From assembly GCA_964016885.1 (NCBI GenBank), contig OZ024757.1:21514001-21578000 (forward strand): a stretch of DNA of 64,000 nt, given 5' to 3'. Made by a program: the position numbers and the translations under genes. This stretch comes from Eledone cirrhosa (lineage: Eukaryota). Under the pieces are notes generated by a model, which saw only the letters and a list, made by a program, of their open reading frames with translations, had not been told where the DNA came from and searched no databases. Below are positions 15,047 to 29,384 of the stretch, one piece after another; position 1 is the first letter of the stretch, and each line of letters opens with the position of its first letter.

Positions 15047-15087
15047 TTATATTATTTATTTATTTCTCTCCTCTATTAAGCAGCTGA

Positions 15088-15983
15088 ACATACACCTCCC
15101 CCATCTCTTCCGACCCATCTACTACACACACACACATACACACATACACACATACACCCCCCCCCCATCTCTTCCGACCCATCTACTACACACACACACA
15201 CACACATACACCTCCCCCATCTCTTCCGACCCATCTACTACACACACACACATACACACACATATACACACATACACACATACACCCCCCCCATCTAATA
15301 CACACACACATACACCTCCCCCATCTTCATCTCTTCCTACCCATCTACTACACACATACATTCACATACAGACATGTGCACACATACATACAGACATGCA
15401 CACACATACATACACATACATACATGCGCACACACATACATACACATACAGACATGCGCGCACATACATACACATACAGACATGCACACACACATACATA
15501 CACATACAGACATGCACACACACATACATACACATACAGACATGCACACACACACATACACATACATATGCACACACATACATACACATACAGACATGCG
15601 CACACATCCATACACATACAGACATGCACACACACATACATACACATAGAAACATGCACACACATACATACGCATACACACATACAGACATGCACACACA
15701 TACATACACATACAGACATGCACACACGCACATAGAGACATGCGCATACAGACATGCACACACACATACACACACATGCCTACATACGTACACACATGCA
15801 TACACACACACATACACACATACACACATACAAAGCACATATACATCCCCTAACAAAATCTTCTATACCCCCTTTGTTTTGTACAACCTTTACACACACA
15901 CACATATATATACACACACACACATATATATATATACACACACACACATATATATATACACACACACACACATATATATATAT

Positions 15984-16050
<67 letters not shown>

Positions 16051-16087
16051 CACACACACACATATATATATACACACACACACACAC

Positions 16088-16118
<31 letters not shown>

Positions 16119-16160
16119 CACACACATATATATACATATATACATACATACACTCATATA
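15088..16160. repeat. CCCCATCTCTTCCGACCCATCTACTA(CA)n repeats, a 30-bp CA-derived minisatellite, then (CA)/(TA)n
   Basis: Direct reading. Confidence 0.9.
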
Positions 16161-16454
16161 CAATATTTGCTTCTCAAACCAATACATGGAGTCTCTAAAG
16201 AAGCTGCTAGAAATAGCAGCCAAATCTCTCTCATATTCTCTAACATTTTAGGACAGCAAAAAGAAAGGAAAGTCACCCATTGTAGTCCCTCATCACACAT
16301 ATACCCTCAAAACAGGCAGGATGGTCATGGCTGGAATGCCTGGATCAAGGTTGACCTTTAACAACACCAACAAATATGATCCTCACCCCCCAGAGCTCCC
16401 CTCCCCCTTTCTCTCATATTCAATTTCATATCACTTTTCCTTTATTTCTCCAGT

Positions 16455-16960
16455 GCAGCTCTCTCTCTACCTCTCTACCTACCTCTTTCTCTCACTCTCT
16501 CTACCTCTCTCTACCTCTTTCTCTCACTCTCTCTACCTCACTCTCTACCTCTCCCCTCTCTCTACCTCTTTCTCTCACTCTCTCATACTCTCTCTACCTC
16601 TTTCTCTCACTCTCTCTACCTCTCTCCCTCTCACACTCTCTCTCTACCTCTCTACCTACCTCTTTCTCTCACTCTCTCTACCTCTCTCTCTCTCTACCTA
16701 CCTCTTTCTCTCACTCTCTCTACCTCACTATCTCACTCTCTATCTCTCTCCCTCTCTCACACTCTCTCTCTCTCTCTCTACCTACCTCTTTCTCTCACTC
16801 TCTCTACCTCTCTCACACTCTCTCTCTACCTCTCTACCTACTTCTTTCTCTCACTCTCTCTACTTCTCTCTCACTCTCTACCTCACTCTATCTTCCTCTC
16901 TCACACTCTCTCTCTACCTCTTTTTCTCTCTTATTCTATTTCTCCTTACCTTTTTGCTCT
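16455..16960. repeat. Pyrimidine-rich (CT)n/CTAC tract
   Basis: Direct reading. Confidence 0.9.
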
Positions 16961-17389
16961 CTCTGGCAATGATAGAGGAGCCCAGCCCCCCCCATCCACC
17001 ACTCACCTACCTTACCCCACCCTCACACTGACCTCCCTTCCCTCCCCCATCCATCACTGACATACCACCACCACCACCACCACCACCACCACCACCCTCA
17101 CACTGACCTCCCCTCCCCCTACCTCCCCCATCCACCGCCACCCTCATACTCACCTACCCCTCCCACCCCCTCCTTATTACTCAGTATGGCCCATCAGAAT
17201 CTCTGACCAACACCTCTCTCTACACTCCATCACCATTGGTCCACTTCAACTGCCATCTTCCCACCACCACCACCACCACCACCACCATCATCACAGGTAC
17301 CTCCAGCCCCACCTCTACCTAATACCACCCTTCCCAATACAGTGAACTCTACAATCACTACTAATATCAACTTTCATTACTGTATTTCA

Positions 17390-17557
17390 AGAGGGTCTGA
17401 CGCCATGCTTTGCAGCAAAGAGTTACGGCCCTTTATGATCTGAGTTCAAATCCCGCCGAGGTTAACTTTGCCTTTCATCCTTACTGGGGGTCGATAAAAT
17501 AAAGTACCAGTAATGTACTGGGTATTTGCTGGCCTTGTGCCTAAAGTAGAAACAATT
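17390..17557 (+). mobile_element. 5'-truncated SINE family A with probable target-site duplication
   Basis: Consensus match; attactgtatttcaa occurs on both sides (about 17376 and 17555). Confidence 0.85.
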
Positions 17558-17603
17558 ACTGTATTTCAAACCTCAGCCCAACTCCCTTTCTGCCTTTCAA
17601 TAC

Positions 17604-17686
17604 ATCTATCTATAGATCTGTCTATCTCTCTCTCTATCTGTCTCTCTGTCTGTCTGTCTCTCTGTCTCTCTGTCTGTCTGTCTATA

Positions 17687-17755
<69 letters not shown>

Positions 17756-18008
17756 ATCTATCTCTCTATCTGTCTGTCTGTCTGTCTATCTGTCTGTCTC
17801 TCTGTCTGTCTATCTGTCTATCTCTCTATCTATCTCTCTATCTGTCTGTCTGTCTGTCTCTCTCTCTGTCTCTCTGTCTGTCTGTCTATCTCTCTATCTG
17901 TCTGTCTGTCTGTCTGTCTCTCTGTCTGTCTATCTCTCTATCTGTCTCTCTGTCTGTCTATCTCTCTCTCTGTCTCTCTGTCTGTCTGTCTATCTGTCTA
18001 TCTCTCTA

Positions 18009-18039
<31 letters not shown>

Positions 18040-18050
18040 ATCTGTCTGTC

Positions 18051-18095
<45 letters not shown>

Positions 18096-18240
18096 GTCTC
18101 TCTGTCTCTCTGTCTGTCTGTCTATCTCTCTATCTGTTTGTCTCTCTATCTGTCTCTCTGTCTGTCTCTCTCTCTCTCTCTGTCTGTCTGTCTGTCTCTC
18201 TGTCTGTCTGTTTGTCTGTCCATCTGTCTATCTATCTCTC
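17604..18240. repeat. (CTGT)n/(CTAT)n/(CT)n microsatellite
   Basis: Direct reading. Confidence 0.95.
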
Positions 18241-18530
18241 TCTATAAACCTGTAGGTTGAGGAAGATAAACAGAGAGAAGGCGGGGAACACCTACAAAAC
18301 ATGTTCCTGGTTTTGGGGGTTGTTCTATCCACCGGGTGTAAAACAACCCCCCCCCGCAGTAACGTTACCCCCTCCTCCCCCACTAATGGGGATTTCAGTT
18401 GTTTTATTTTTATATATAGTTTATTGTTATTTATCATTGTTAAAGATTTTATGTAAACCCCCGCCCCCCGCCAGCCATCACGTCTTGTAATGTCCCATTT
18501 TTGTATGCCCCTGTGGCAAATAAAGAAAGA

Positions 18531-18563
<33 letters not shown>

Positions 18564-18955
18564 GTCTGTCTATCTATATTGATTCCCTTCTTTAAGTATC
18601 ACTTTAGAAGGAGAATCAGGGTGGAGAGAGAGGCACTGCACCCCAGTAAATTTACTGAAAGGTGGGTGAATGAAGCGAAAATGGCCCGAGTGATTGGGCC
18701 TTCTCTGTATATAAACCTGTAGGTTGAAGAAGAGAGCAAAAGGAAGAAAGGGGCACTTGCACAACACGCTCCTCGAGTTGAGGGTTGTTCTATCGACGGG
18801 GTATTAAACAACCCATTTGTGGCGCCTCCCCCCTATTGGGGATTTAGATTGCTGAAATTGTTTGTTTCATATTTTTACACGACTGTATGTAAAATCCCCG
18901 GCATGTCTTTGTATTGTCCCCTTTCTTGTTGCGCCCTTGTGGCTAATAAAGAAAT
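18240..18955 (+). mobile_element. Two tandem 5'-truncated L1/Tx1-like LINE 3' ends in (TATC)n
   Basis: The 18580-18722 ORF end reads LIPFFKYHFRRRIRVEREALHPSKFTERWVNEAKMARVIGPSLYINL*. Both copies share ataaacctgtaggttga... and end in gtggc-aataaagaaa(tatc)n. Confidence 0.7.
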
Positions 18956-19754
18956 CTATCTGTCTATCTATATCTATCTATCCATATATCTATCTATCTA
19001 TCTATCTATCTGCCTTAACTCACTCATGCACAACCATACAAACACACACACATATATAGGCAGACATAAACACTCACATACACAGAAGCCAACAAGGGAG
19101 CCTCTGTATGATTAATCCCCTTGCTAGAAATAGCAGCCAAAACTCTCTTAAATCGCATCTGAGCTGGCCTTATACAGCACATATATATTTAGATGCATTC
19201 ACACACACCTTCAACACACACACTCATTCAACACATACACACACTTGGGCACATACACAGCTTTCACACACACCCACACACTTGGGCACATACACACCTT
19301 TCACACACACACACTTCAACACACGCACACACATTTCGATACATACATACAAGCCTCAGCACACACCCTCTTTGACACATACACATGCCCTCAGTACACA
19401 CACACACTAATACACTGACACACACACACACAAACTAATACACTGACACACACACACAAACTAATACACTGACACACACACACCCACCCTCCCACCACCT
19501 AAGTACATGTGCACTCCTCTATAAAGTGACAATTATATATTCTGTTTGTTAGTAACACGGTTGTTCTCCTTCAATGGAAGAGACCTTAATATGGAGAGGA
19601 AGGGTGGAAGGGACAAGCCCATATTCTAGTGTCCATGCCTTAATAAAGGGGTCAGTGTAGCTTTTAATGGCATCTGATAAAACAGAGTGGAACACTAGAA
19701 GTATTTAATCACTTCCTTAACCTCCTTTAATTCTTCCTTCTCACTTATACACTT

Positions 19755-20270
19755 CACCACACACACCACACCACACTCACACACTCACACCACACTCACC
19801 ACACCACACACACCACACTCACACCACACCACACTCACACACTCACACCACACCACACACACCACATCACACCACATTACACACATCACATACCACACCA
19901 CACACACTCACACACCACACACACACCACATCACACACACACACCACACACACACACATCCCAGTCACAGATGCACACCACACCACACACACCACACTCA
20001 CACACACCGCACCGCACCACACCACACACACACCACACCCCACACGCATCACACCACACACACCACACACATCCCAGTCACACACCACACCACACCACAC
20101 CACACCACACTGCTTTTCTCATCTTTCTGTCTCTAACTCTATCCGCCATTCTCCCTTTCTCTTATATACATTCATACATATGTATGTACATACATACATA
20201 TGTACACACACACACACACACACACATACATACATACATACATACATACACACATATATACACACACTTA
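19755..20270. repeat. (CACAC)n / (CA)n / (CATA)n tract
   Basis: Direct reading. Confidence 0.9.
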
Positions 20271-20419
20271 GTATTGTTAGTCTGGTGACCCCAGAGTAAC
20301 AACACTTTCTCTCTCATCTATTGTGTTGTGAAATTAACCGGTTTACGCACGTGGTTGGTCGAAATATCTAGAATTTGAATTCTAATCAGCGCACTAATTT
20401 TATATCGCTGTCTAATTAC

Positions 20420-20488
20420 CTGTTGGCATTTAATGTCCGGAAAGGTTTTAGGCCCTACCATTGTTACTGTTGCACTATTTCTCGCCAT
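20420..20488 (-). CDS. Candidate first coding exon MARNSATVTMVGPKTFPDIKCQQ (unknown protein)
   Basis: Minus strand ACCATGG Kozak context, 23 open codons, donor CAG|GTAATT (phase 0), inside a non-repetitive island with raised CpG content. Confidence 0.3.
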
Positions 20489-20519
20489 GGTACTTGGGGA
20501 CTGGAGCCGAATGCTGCCA

Positions 20520-20720
20520 TTCTATTGTACAGTGATTGGAGACTGATTTTCTCTAATAACTGATTTTTCCACTCACTTGTTAATTTGTGTTTGAGATAAG
20601 TTGGAGAGTACTTATGGCGGGAGTGGAACTATTTGAATTTTGACTCCTACCGTTACGTACATTTCTGAACCAGTAGCCAATCAGTTGACGACATTATGTT
20701 GACGCGTAGGGATTTCAGTT
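20520..20720. promoter_or_regulatory. Possible promoter-like island
   Basis: Two CCAAT boxes (attgg ~20535, ccaatcag ~20677), an ATGGCGGGA (E2F/YY1-like) motif at ~20614, TTTGAA at ~20632, and several CpGs in an otherwise CpG-poor window. Confidence 0.25.
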
Positions 20721-20741
20721 ACTAATGTTTTACTGTGTTGA

Positions 20742-20842
20742 CTCGTGCACTGTTCATTTTCCTGATGTTTGTGCATTGCCCTATGTACTGTACATGCACT
20801 TTTTGATGAGTTGTGGTGCACCTGGGCACTGTACACAATATT

Positions 20843-20877
<35 letters not shown>

Positions 20878-21001
20878 CCATGACTCATACACTGTTCATT
20901 TTCCTGACATTTGTACATTATTCTATGTACTATACATGCACCTTTGATGGGTTGTAATGCACCTGAGCACTGTACACAATAATTTCATTATTATTATTAT
21001 T
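20742..21001 (+). mobile_element. Two tandem ~135-bp retroposon 3' ends with (ATT)n tails; a third copy lies inverted at ~10505-10565
   Basis: tttgatgagttgtggtgcacctgggcactgtacacaatatttc(att)n is repeated. Confidence 0.7.
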
Positions 21002-21384
21002 CACTGTCGTAGCCAACACAGACTGGAATCAAATTCTGTCGATTGATTGGTTATTGATTAGGTGAAAGCCACATGCACCGATTGTGCATTGTCGCATAAT
21101 AAATGCAGACATTAGATACTGTGCACTCTAGTGCTGCATTAAGTGTGGCCAAAACTTGAATACGTGTGTAGTGTTGAAGCAAATAACTATGTGCCTACTC
21201 TGGGATTTTTACATAACATTACCTATTGAGTACGCTGAGATGTAACCGGTACTAGTAGTGAAACCCATGCTAGTCCTGTCAACTGATTATATATATCTAT
21301 CTAAGGCGGGTAAAATTCCCGAGATCCATGGACGAGTTCTCTCCAGCGGTCTCTGTCCCTCATTATCGCTGCCATGTCCTGCGT

Positions 21385-21698
21385 CTCCAACTAATGTAGG
21401 CGGGAAGCCGCTGGAATTGGTTGAGGACTCCCTGTATTTGGGAGCAAAGATTGGGAATACGGAAGATGATGTGGTTGAGAGGAAGAGCAAAGCCTGGGCG
21501 GCGTGCCACAGCTTGAGATCGGTGTGGAAGTCGGACCTTCGTAGAGACCTGAAAATCCGCCTCTTCATTGCTGTAGTGGAGTCTGTGCTGCTGTGTGGGT
21601 CTGAAACTTGGACACTGACCAAGAAACTCACTCAGATGGTGGATGGGTGCTACACGAGAATGCTGAGGATGGCTCTGAACATTAATCAGTATACACTG

Positions 21699-21700
<2 letters not shown>
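21385..21700 (+). mobile_element. RTE/RTEX-type LINE reverse-transcriptase C-terminal fragment
   Basis: VGGKPLELVEDSLYLGAKI...KAWAACHSLRSVWKS...KIRLF...ESVLLCGSETWTLTKK...CYTRMLRMALNI matches the RTE-clade YLG and 'LLYG.ETW' motifs. Confidence 0.85.
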
Positions 21701-21740
<40 letters not shown>

Positions 21741-23184
21741 CTTTAATGCACCAAAACCTAGTAGTTTCCATAGGTTGACTGACGAGACGGGACTGTCCAT
21801 CTTTCCATTGTTTTTCCCCATTATCTTTGTCCTGTGTGCTCCCTATTTTGAACTTATACTCGAAAGACTTAGCCATGCAAGTCTTTTTTGAAACTATCAT
21901 ATAATAGACATCACACCACCTGGCCTGTTTTCCCCTATTCTCTCTTCTTACCTTTTCTACACCTCAGTGTCCTATGTCTGCACGTTGGACAGCAGTCCTT
22001 ATTCTCTTCTGTTTTGATATTTCTCTCCTTTCTATATTTTTTTCCTTTGGCTAAGCCCTTGCACACTCTATATTTGTGTAGTTTACCTAAAGGTATAACT
22101 TGTCTCTATATGTTCTATTATGTCCCAATGTGCACTGGAATGAATGGTATCAACCTTAATTTTTGACCGAAACCATAGTAATTTCCAGAGGTTGACTGTT
22201 AAATCAAAATATCAAGTAGCTGTATATATTTACAAAGGGGAAGAGAAAAAGAAGAAAAGGTGGAGGAAGAAATAAATAAACAAATAAATAAATGAATAAA
22301 AGGTTGGGGAGAAATGGGGGAGCATGCTCTACACCCTTGGTTGGGCCGGTTACATCTCTGTTATGCCCTGCAAACAAAATCGTGAAAGCATTGTCATGGA
22401 AAACAGCCAGCAATACCTGCTACCTCACAGGTAGAGGACTAACTGTACACTTGTAGTTGGGCAGTTATATCTCAGCTATGCCGTAACAGACACGGTAGCA
22501 AAAGCATCATCACGGAAAACAGCCAGCAAACCCCACTACATCGGCTATTCCACCTGACAGAACTCCTTCTTCAAGCAAGATGCCGCCCACCCCCAATTTT
22601 GCTGAGGTAAACAGCAGAAACATTTGAACTGATGGACATCTAAGACTACTCAATCCCCTTGCCTATTTTGTCGGTACAAAAAGAAAATATACCAACAGCT
22701 GCAGGTAAAAAAGGGGTTACACGTGGCATCATTTAACTGTGTTTACTCTATGTATATAAAAAATGCCATCTGAAGAGAATGGAGACTATCTTGTACCTTA
22801 AGGATTTATTTACACAAGTAAATTAGACGGGTTGTCTAGCTAAAGAATCTCTCAATATATAGCCTTCTTCCAATATGTAATGTATATAAACTCTAGAGAA
22901 ATATTGGTACATTGCACACACACACATACAATTAACTCTCCCCAGCCCCTATAAATATATATATATATATGCTAATATTTGGGTCCAGCTACAGATGTGG
23001 GATTCTACTTTTGGTACTTCACCATAGTTGGTATTCTTAAAAAGTAAACATATATATATATATATATACACAATGATATTAAATATTTACTCCAGGAAAC
23101 TGTTGAGTGCTCTAAATCAGTTATAAACATTTATATTTGTCGGACTTCCAACAAATTAAATACCCCTTCTACTTATATATATAT

Positions 23185-23466
23185 CATCATTCCATTTTAT
23201 GTCCGCTTTTTCCCTGCTTGCAAGGGTGGGACGGGAACTGATTCTGGCTTGATTTCTACAGCTGGATGCCCTTCCTAACACCAACCTCATTTACAGTGAG
23301 TGCTGGGTGCTTTTTTGCCGTGGCACCTCCACGACCACTTTGCAGTGGAATGATATGGACCCCAGTCCCTATCATCTCATTTCTACAGCTGAGTAAACTG
23401 GAGCAATGTGAAATAAAGTGTCTTGCTCAAGGAAACAACACATCAAACAGTCTGAGAATTGAACTC

Positions 23467-23472
<6 letters not shown>
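23185..23472 (-). mobile_element. SINE family B (head truncated)
   Basis: Consensus match. Confidence 0.9.
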
Positions 23473-23529
<57 letters not shown>

Positions 23530-23534
23530 TATAT

Positions 23535-24215
23535 AAATGAACTAAGTGAAAAATTAGGAATAAGAGGGATCAGATGCTGTTTACTTGAGAGAAGACTACG
23601 TTGGTATAGCCACGTGATGCGCATGAAAGACGACAGCTGTATAAAAAAGTGCAGGGCGATCAAAATTGATGGTAGTTATCGAGTAGGTAGACCCAGAAAA
23701 ACCTGGGGCGATCTGATAAATTCCGACCTTACACACTTGCACGTCTCTAAGACAATGTCATTGGACCGAAATCTTTGGCGCTACGCAGTAATACAGAAGA
23801 CCTGTAGAAAGCGAAACCTACAGTCAGTAGGCACCTCTTAAACAAATATACACCCCAACCCACTACCCCTACCCTATCCTCCCACTCCCACCAACCTCTC
23901 TCTGTAAAGTTGGTACCACAACATCCAGTCCAAATAAATGAGATAATGAGATCGAGATCGTGTTGTGTCGCAACAAAAAACACACAGTCCACGCTGTAAT
24001 GTGGCCGTGTAGGTAACACGGTAAAAAGTTCCCAGTTCCACACTGTAAATGTGGTTGGTGTTAGGAAGGGCATCCAGCCGTAGAAAACCTGCCAGATAGT
24101 CCTGTATGAGCGAGACACGGTCACTCGACCAACCCTGCCTCAAGTGGGACAACTCCCGTCTAACCCATGCTAGCGTGGAAGATGGCCGTTAAACGAAGAT
24201 GATGATGATGATGAT
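23535..24215 (+). mobile_element. RTE LINE 3' fragment with long 3' UTR
   Basis: ELSEKLGIRGIRCCLLERRLRWYSHVMRMKDDSCIKKC...GRPRKTW..., then ~370 bp of UTR ending aacccatgctagcgtggaa...(gat)n. Confidence 0.88.
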
Positions 24216-24959
24216 AAATATATATATATGGTTCAGAATAAGCACACAACATCCCTGTCACGAGAAGTTATTAAAAGGGTTAGCATCAGAAAGGACATGT
24301 CTCTTATCTCCAGGCCTGCACAAATCATCTAGAGTCAAGCTCCTTAAAATAAGATATATGGGTTGTGAAGCAACCAATATAGAAATGTACCAAATGTCCA
24401 TCTTTTAAGACTATTTTTCAGTCTCATAATAAAAAAACCTGCATTGAATTAATTAACTACAAGTTAACATACAGTCAATACTCCATACGATTTATGGGTT
24501 GTAAATGTTAAACAGCAATCAATACTGAAATGTGCCAAAACTCTGTCAATACCTAAAGACCTAACTTGACGAGAATTCCTTCATCTATTTCTCTATAGAT
24601 TTTATTTTGTCATTGATTTATCAAGGTTCCTGTCTGTAGACTCTGCAGAAGTAATGGCAAAACTTGCTGCTTATATTTTCAACGAGAAACCTGACATGGA
24701 AACATATGCTTGTTATTTTATGTTGGAGCAATAGCAGTAACTATGTCTAAAAAAACTAATGGTTATACAGTATTTATGCTGAGACTTCTTGGAAACATAG
24801 ATTTTGCTGAGTGGTGTAATTTGTAGCATTTCAATCAATCAATTGATTCTCATTGATTCATGTAAAACTGTACAGACATTCATGAATTTTATATTGAATA
24901 TCTTTAAATACACTGAGTAAAAATGGAGGTAGGTTAAAAGCCAAACTTCAATTTGGTGT

Positions 24960-25510
24960 TAATGCACACTCTTACCTGTGACCCTGAATCTAGGGTGATG
25001 TCCAAAAACAATATGATCATGAATACAGACTGCAGAAATAGGGTTCCTTTGAAGAGTCTTTGGAATAATGTTACTTGATAGGGTGCATAGCTCAGAGATC
25101 AGGGATTTGATACAGGTGGAGCCACTACTTCTTGACATCAAGAGATCACAGCTCCAATACCTGTGATCATAATTGTTTCTATTTTAGGCACAAGGCCAGC
25201 AATTACCCAGTACATTACTGGTACTTTATTTTATCGACCCCGTAAGGATGAAAGGCAAAGTTAACCTCAGCTGGATTTGAACTCAGATCGTAAAGGGACG
25301 TTACAATGCTGGAAAGCATGTCCGACCCTCTCTGTGATTATAATGCCTAAAGAAATAATTGCTGGAGACCCTAAGGCAGGCCATGAGCAAGATGGTTGGA
25401 TAACATCCATAAGGGGATCCTGAGGAGATCTCAACTGCCATCCAGCAGATCTCCAGGTGGCCGATAGGGGAACTAACTGCAGATATACAAGTTGACTATG
25501 ATACGGAAAT
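24960..25510 (+). mobile_element. Decayed RTE LINE (Rex3/Expander-like) fragment interrupted by SINE A (25170-25330)
   Basis: IQTAEIGFL*RVFGIMLLDRVHSSEIRDLIQVEPLLLDIKRSQLQY, then RP*GRP*ARWLDNI after the SINE. Confidence 0.75.
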
Positions 25511-25805
25511 AAGCAATCCTGGACCAAAACCAGGGGGGGGGGGGCCTTTGGCAAGGCCTGTCTCTTGGCACAACAAGACTACAACAAAGCCATGGGGATG
25601 TGTTATTCAGTAGAGGAACTTTTAGAAGTCAATGGTGGCTGATATGTTGAGCAGAAGAACTATAACAATAGTCAACAATGAACTAAGTCCAGTTAGTGAA
25701 CAGCTGCTACATTTGTAGTGGTGGTGTATGTAACTTGTGTTACTCAGCTAACAAGACCTATCCCACTAAAAAAAAAACCTGGGCAATTTGCTCAATCCAA
25801 TGATT

Positions 25806-27596
25806 GGATCAATTTAATAGTCCTATAAACCATACTGGGATCAATTTAATAGTCCTATGAACCATACTGGGATCAATTTAATAGTCCTATGAACCATACT
25901 GGGATCAATTTAATAGTCCTATGAACCATACTGGGATCAATTTAATAGTCCTATGAACCATACTGGGATCAATTTAATAGTCCTATAAACCATACTGGGA
26001 TCAATTTAGTATTCCTATGAACCATACTGGGATCAATTTAATAGTCCTATAAAGCATACTGGGATCAATTTAATAGTCCTATAAACCATACTGGGATCAA
26101 TTTAATAGTCCTATGAACCATACTGGGATCAATTTAATAGTCCTATAAACCATACTGGGATCAATTTAATAGTCCTATGAACCATACTGGGATCAATTTA
26201 ATAGTCCTATAAACCATACTGGGATCAATTTAATAGTCCTATAAACCATACTGGGATCAATTTAATAGTCCTATAAAGCATACTGGGATCAATTTAATAG
26301 TCCTATAAACCATACTGGGATCAATTTAATAGTCCTATAAACCATACTGGGATCAATTTAATAGTCCTATGAACCATACTGGGATCAATTTAATAGTCCT
26401 ATGAACCATACTGGGATCAATTTAATAGTCCTATAAACCATACTGGGATCAATTTAATAGTCCTATGAACCATACTGGGATCAATTTAATAGTCCTATAA
26501 AGCATACTGGGATCAATTTAATAGTCCTATAAAGCATACTGGGATCAATTTAATAGTCCTATAAAGCATACTGGGATCAATTTAATAGTCCTATAAAGCA
26601 TACTGGGATCAATTTAATAGTCCTATAAAGCATACTGGGATCAATTTAATAGTCCTATGAACCATACTGGGATCAATTTAATAGTCCTATGAACCATACT
26701 GGGATCAATTTATTAGTCCTATAAACCATACTGGGATCAATTTAATAGTCCTATGAACCATACTGGGATCAATTTAATAGTCCTATAAACCATACTGGGA
26801 TCAATTTAATAGTCCTATGAACCATACTGGGATCAATTTAATAGTCCTATAAACCATACTGGGATCAATTTAATAGTCCTATGAACCATACTGGGATCAA
26901 TTTAATAGTCCTATCAACCATACTGGGATCAATTTAATAGTCCTATGAACCATACTGGGATCAATTTAATAGTCCTATGAACCATACTGGGATCAATTTA
27001 ATAGTCCTATAAAGCATACTGGGATCAATTTAATAGTCCTATAAACCATACTGGGATCAATTTAATAGTCCTATAAAGCATACTGGGATCAATTTAATAG
27101 TCCTATAAACCATACTGGGATCAATTTAATAGTCCTATGAACCATACTGGGATCAATTTAATAGTCCTATGAACCATACTGGGATCAATTTAATAGTCCT
27201 ATAAACCATACTGGGATCAATTTAATAGTCCTATGAACCATACTGGGATCAATTTAATAGTCCTATAAAGCATACTGGGATCAATTTAATAGTCCTATAA
27301 ACCATACTGGGATCAATTTAATAGTCCTATAAACCATACTGGGATCAATTTAATAGTCCTATAAAGCATACTGGGATCAATTTAATAGTCCTATGAACCA
27401 TACTGGGATCAATTTAATAGTCCTATGAACCATACTGGGATCAATTTAATAGTCCTATGAACCATACTGGGATCAATTTAATAGTCCTATGAACCATACT
27501 GGGATCAATTTAATAGTCCTATGAACCATACTGGGATCAATTTAATAGTCCTATGAACCATACTGGGATCAATTTAATAGTCCTATAAACCATATA
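25806..27596. repeat. 32-bp minisatellite, ~56 copies
   Basis: Unit ggatcaatttaatagtcctat[g/a]aa[c/g]catactg, head-to-tail with no spacers. Confidence 0.97.
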
Positions 27597-27875
27597 GAAA
27601 TTGATTTATTAATTTAATAATCCATGAAAGTCTGTCCAACTTGTAATTGGAATTATAATAGAAAAACTAAGTGTGAAATATTTGAAATTGTGGTTTATTG
27701 GAGCAATGGTTTTATAATGGTATGTGACAGTCTGATCCATTAAACCTCTGCAGGGAGTCTGACACAGTTGTAAAGCTAAGGACACTTCAGTAGGGTACTT
27801 AAACCACAGACATAAAGCAAGTCATCTCAATTGGGGAAATAACAGAAGAAATAAAATACCTTTCTGGGTTGGTGA

Positions 27876-28515
27876 CAGACACACAGACACATAGACACAC
27901 ACATGCACATACACACAGACACATAGACACATAGACAGACAGACACATACACACACACACACACATACACACATACACACAGACACACAGACAGACACAT
28001 ACACACACACACATACACACACAGACACACACACACATACACACAGACACACACAGACACACACAGACACACACATACAGATAGACACACACATACAGAC
28101 ACACATGCACACACAGACACACACACACATACAGACACACATACACATATTATACATATATATAGTATACGCACACACACACATACAGACACACATACAC
28201 ATATTATACATATATATATATAGTATACACACACACATATATATATATATATTACACATTCACACACATACAGACATTATATATTACACACACACACTCA
28301 CATATATAGAGTATATATACACACACACACACACTCACATATATAGAGTATATACACACACACACACACACATACCAAGCTGTCATTTCATATTGCATTA
28401 CAATTGAATTAATACAGTTGTATTGTCAGACATAACAACATACAACATATCAAGTGTGTCTGGTAAATATCTTTGACCTGATTTAACAATGATATATATA
28501 TATATATATATACAT

Positions 28516-28604
<89 letters not shown>

Positions 28605-28792
28605 TCCATGCATGTATATATATACACACATACATGCATACATATATATACACACATACATGCATACATATATATACACGCATACATGCATACATATATA
28701 TACACGCATACATCCATACATATATATACACACATACATGCATACATATATATACACACATACATGCATACATATATATACACACATACATG

Positions 28793-28847
<55 letters not shown>

Positions 28848-28940
28848 GCATACATATATATATATATATATACATACATCCATGTATTTATATATATATA
28901 CATACATTCATACATGTATTTATATATATATACATACATG

Positions 28941-28980
<40 letters not shown>

Positions 28981-29142
28981 CATACATGCATATATATATG
29001 TATATAAATATATATATACATGCATACATACATGTATATATGTATATAAATATATATATACATACATACATGCATACATACATATATATATATGTATATA
29101 AATATATATACATACATGCACATATATATATATATATATATA
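27876..29142. repeat. (CA)n/(TA)n/CATG-containing microsatellite field
   Basis: Direct reading. Confidence 0.92.
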
Positions 29143-29292
29143 TCATCATTTTACGTCTGCTTTTCCCTGCTTGCAGTGATATATATATACATCCAGGCTC
29201 CTTTTATGTCAGAAATGACAACACAGCTTGTCAAGATGTTAAACCATTTTCCCTTTAGAAATGCCACTGTTAATCTTAAGGAATAGATGTCA

Positions 29293-29384
<92 letters not shown>

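Noticed and set aside
14290-15087. Gly/Ser/Cys-rich loricrin-like ORF
   Set aside because: It is a trinucleotide-derived array with a GTG start and no splice or signal evidence.
21195-21290. Hammerhead in the repeat shared with 48640-48735
   Set aside because: It reads CTGAGATG rather than CTGANGA and has no convincing stem II; at most a decayed relic.
24970-24980. Minus-strand donor CAG|GTAAGA
   Set aside because: It is the antisense of the decayed RTE coding remnant.
25806-27596. CRISPR-like array (32-bp repeat)
   Set aside because: Units are contiguous with no unique spacers, there are no cas genes, and the context is eukaryotic.
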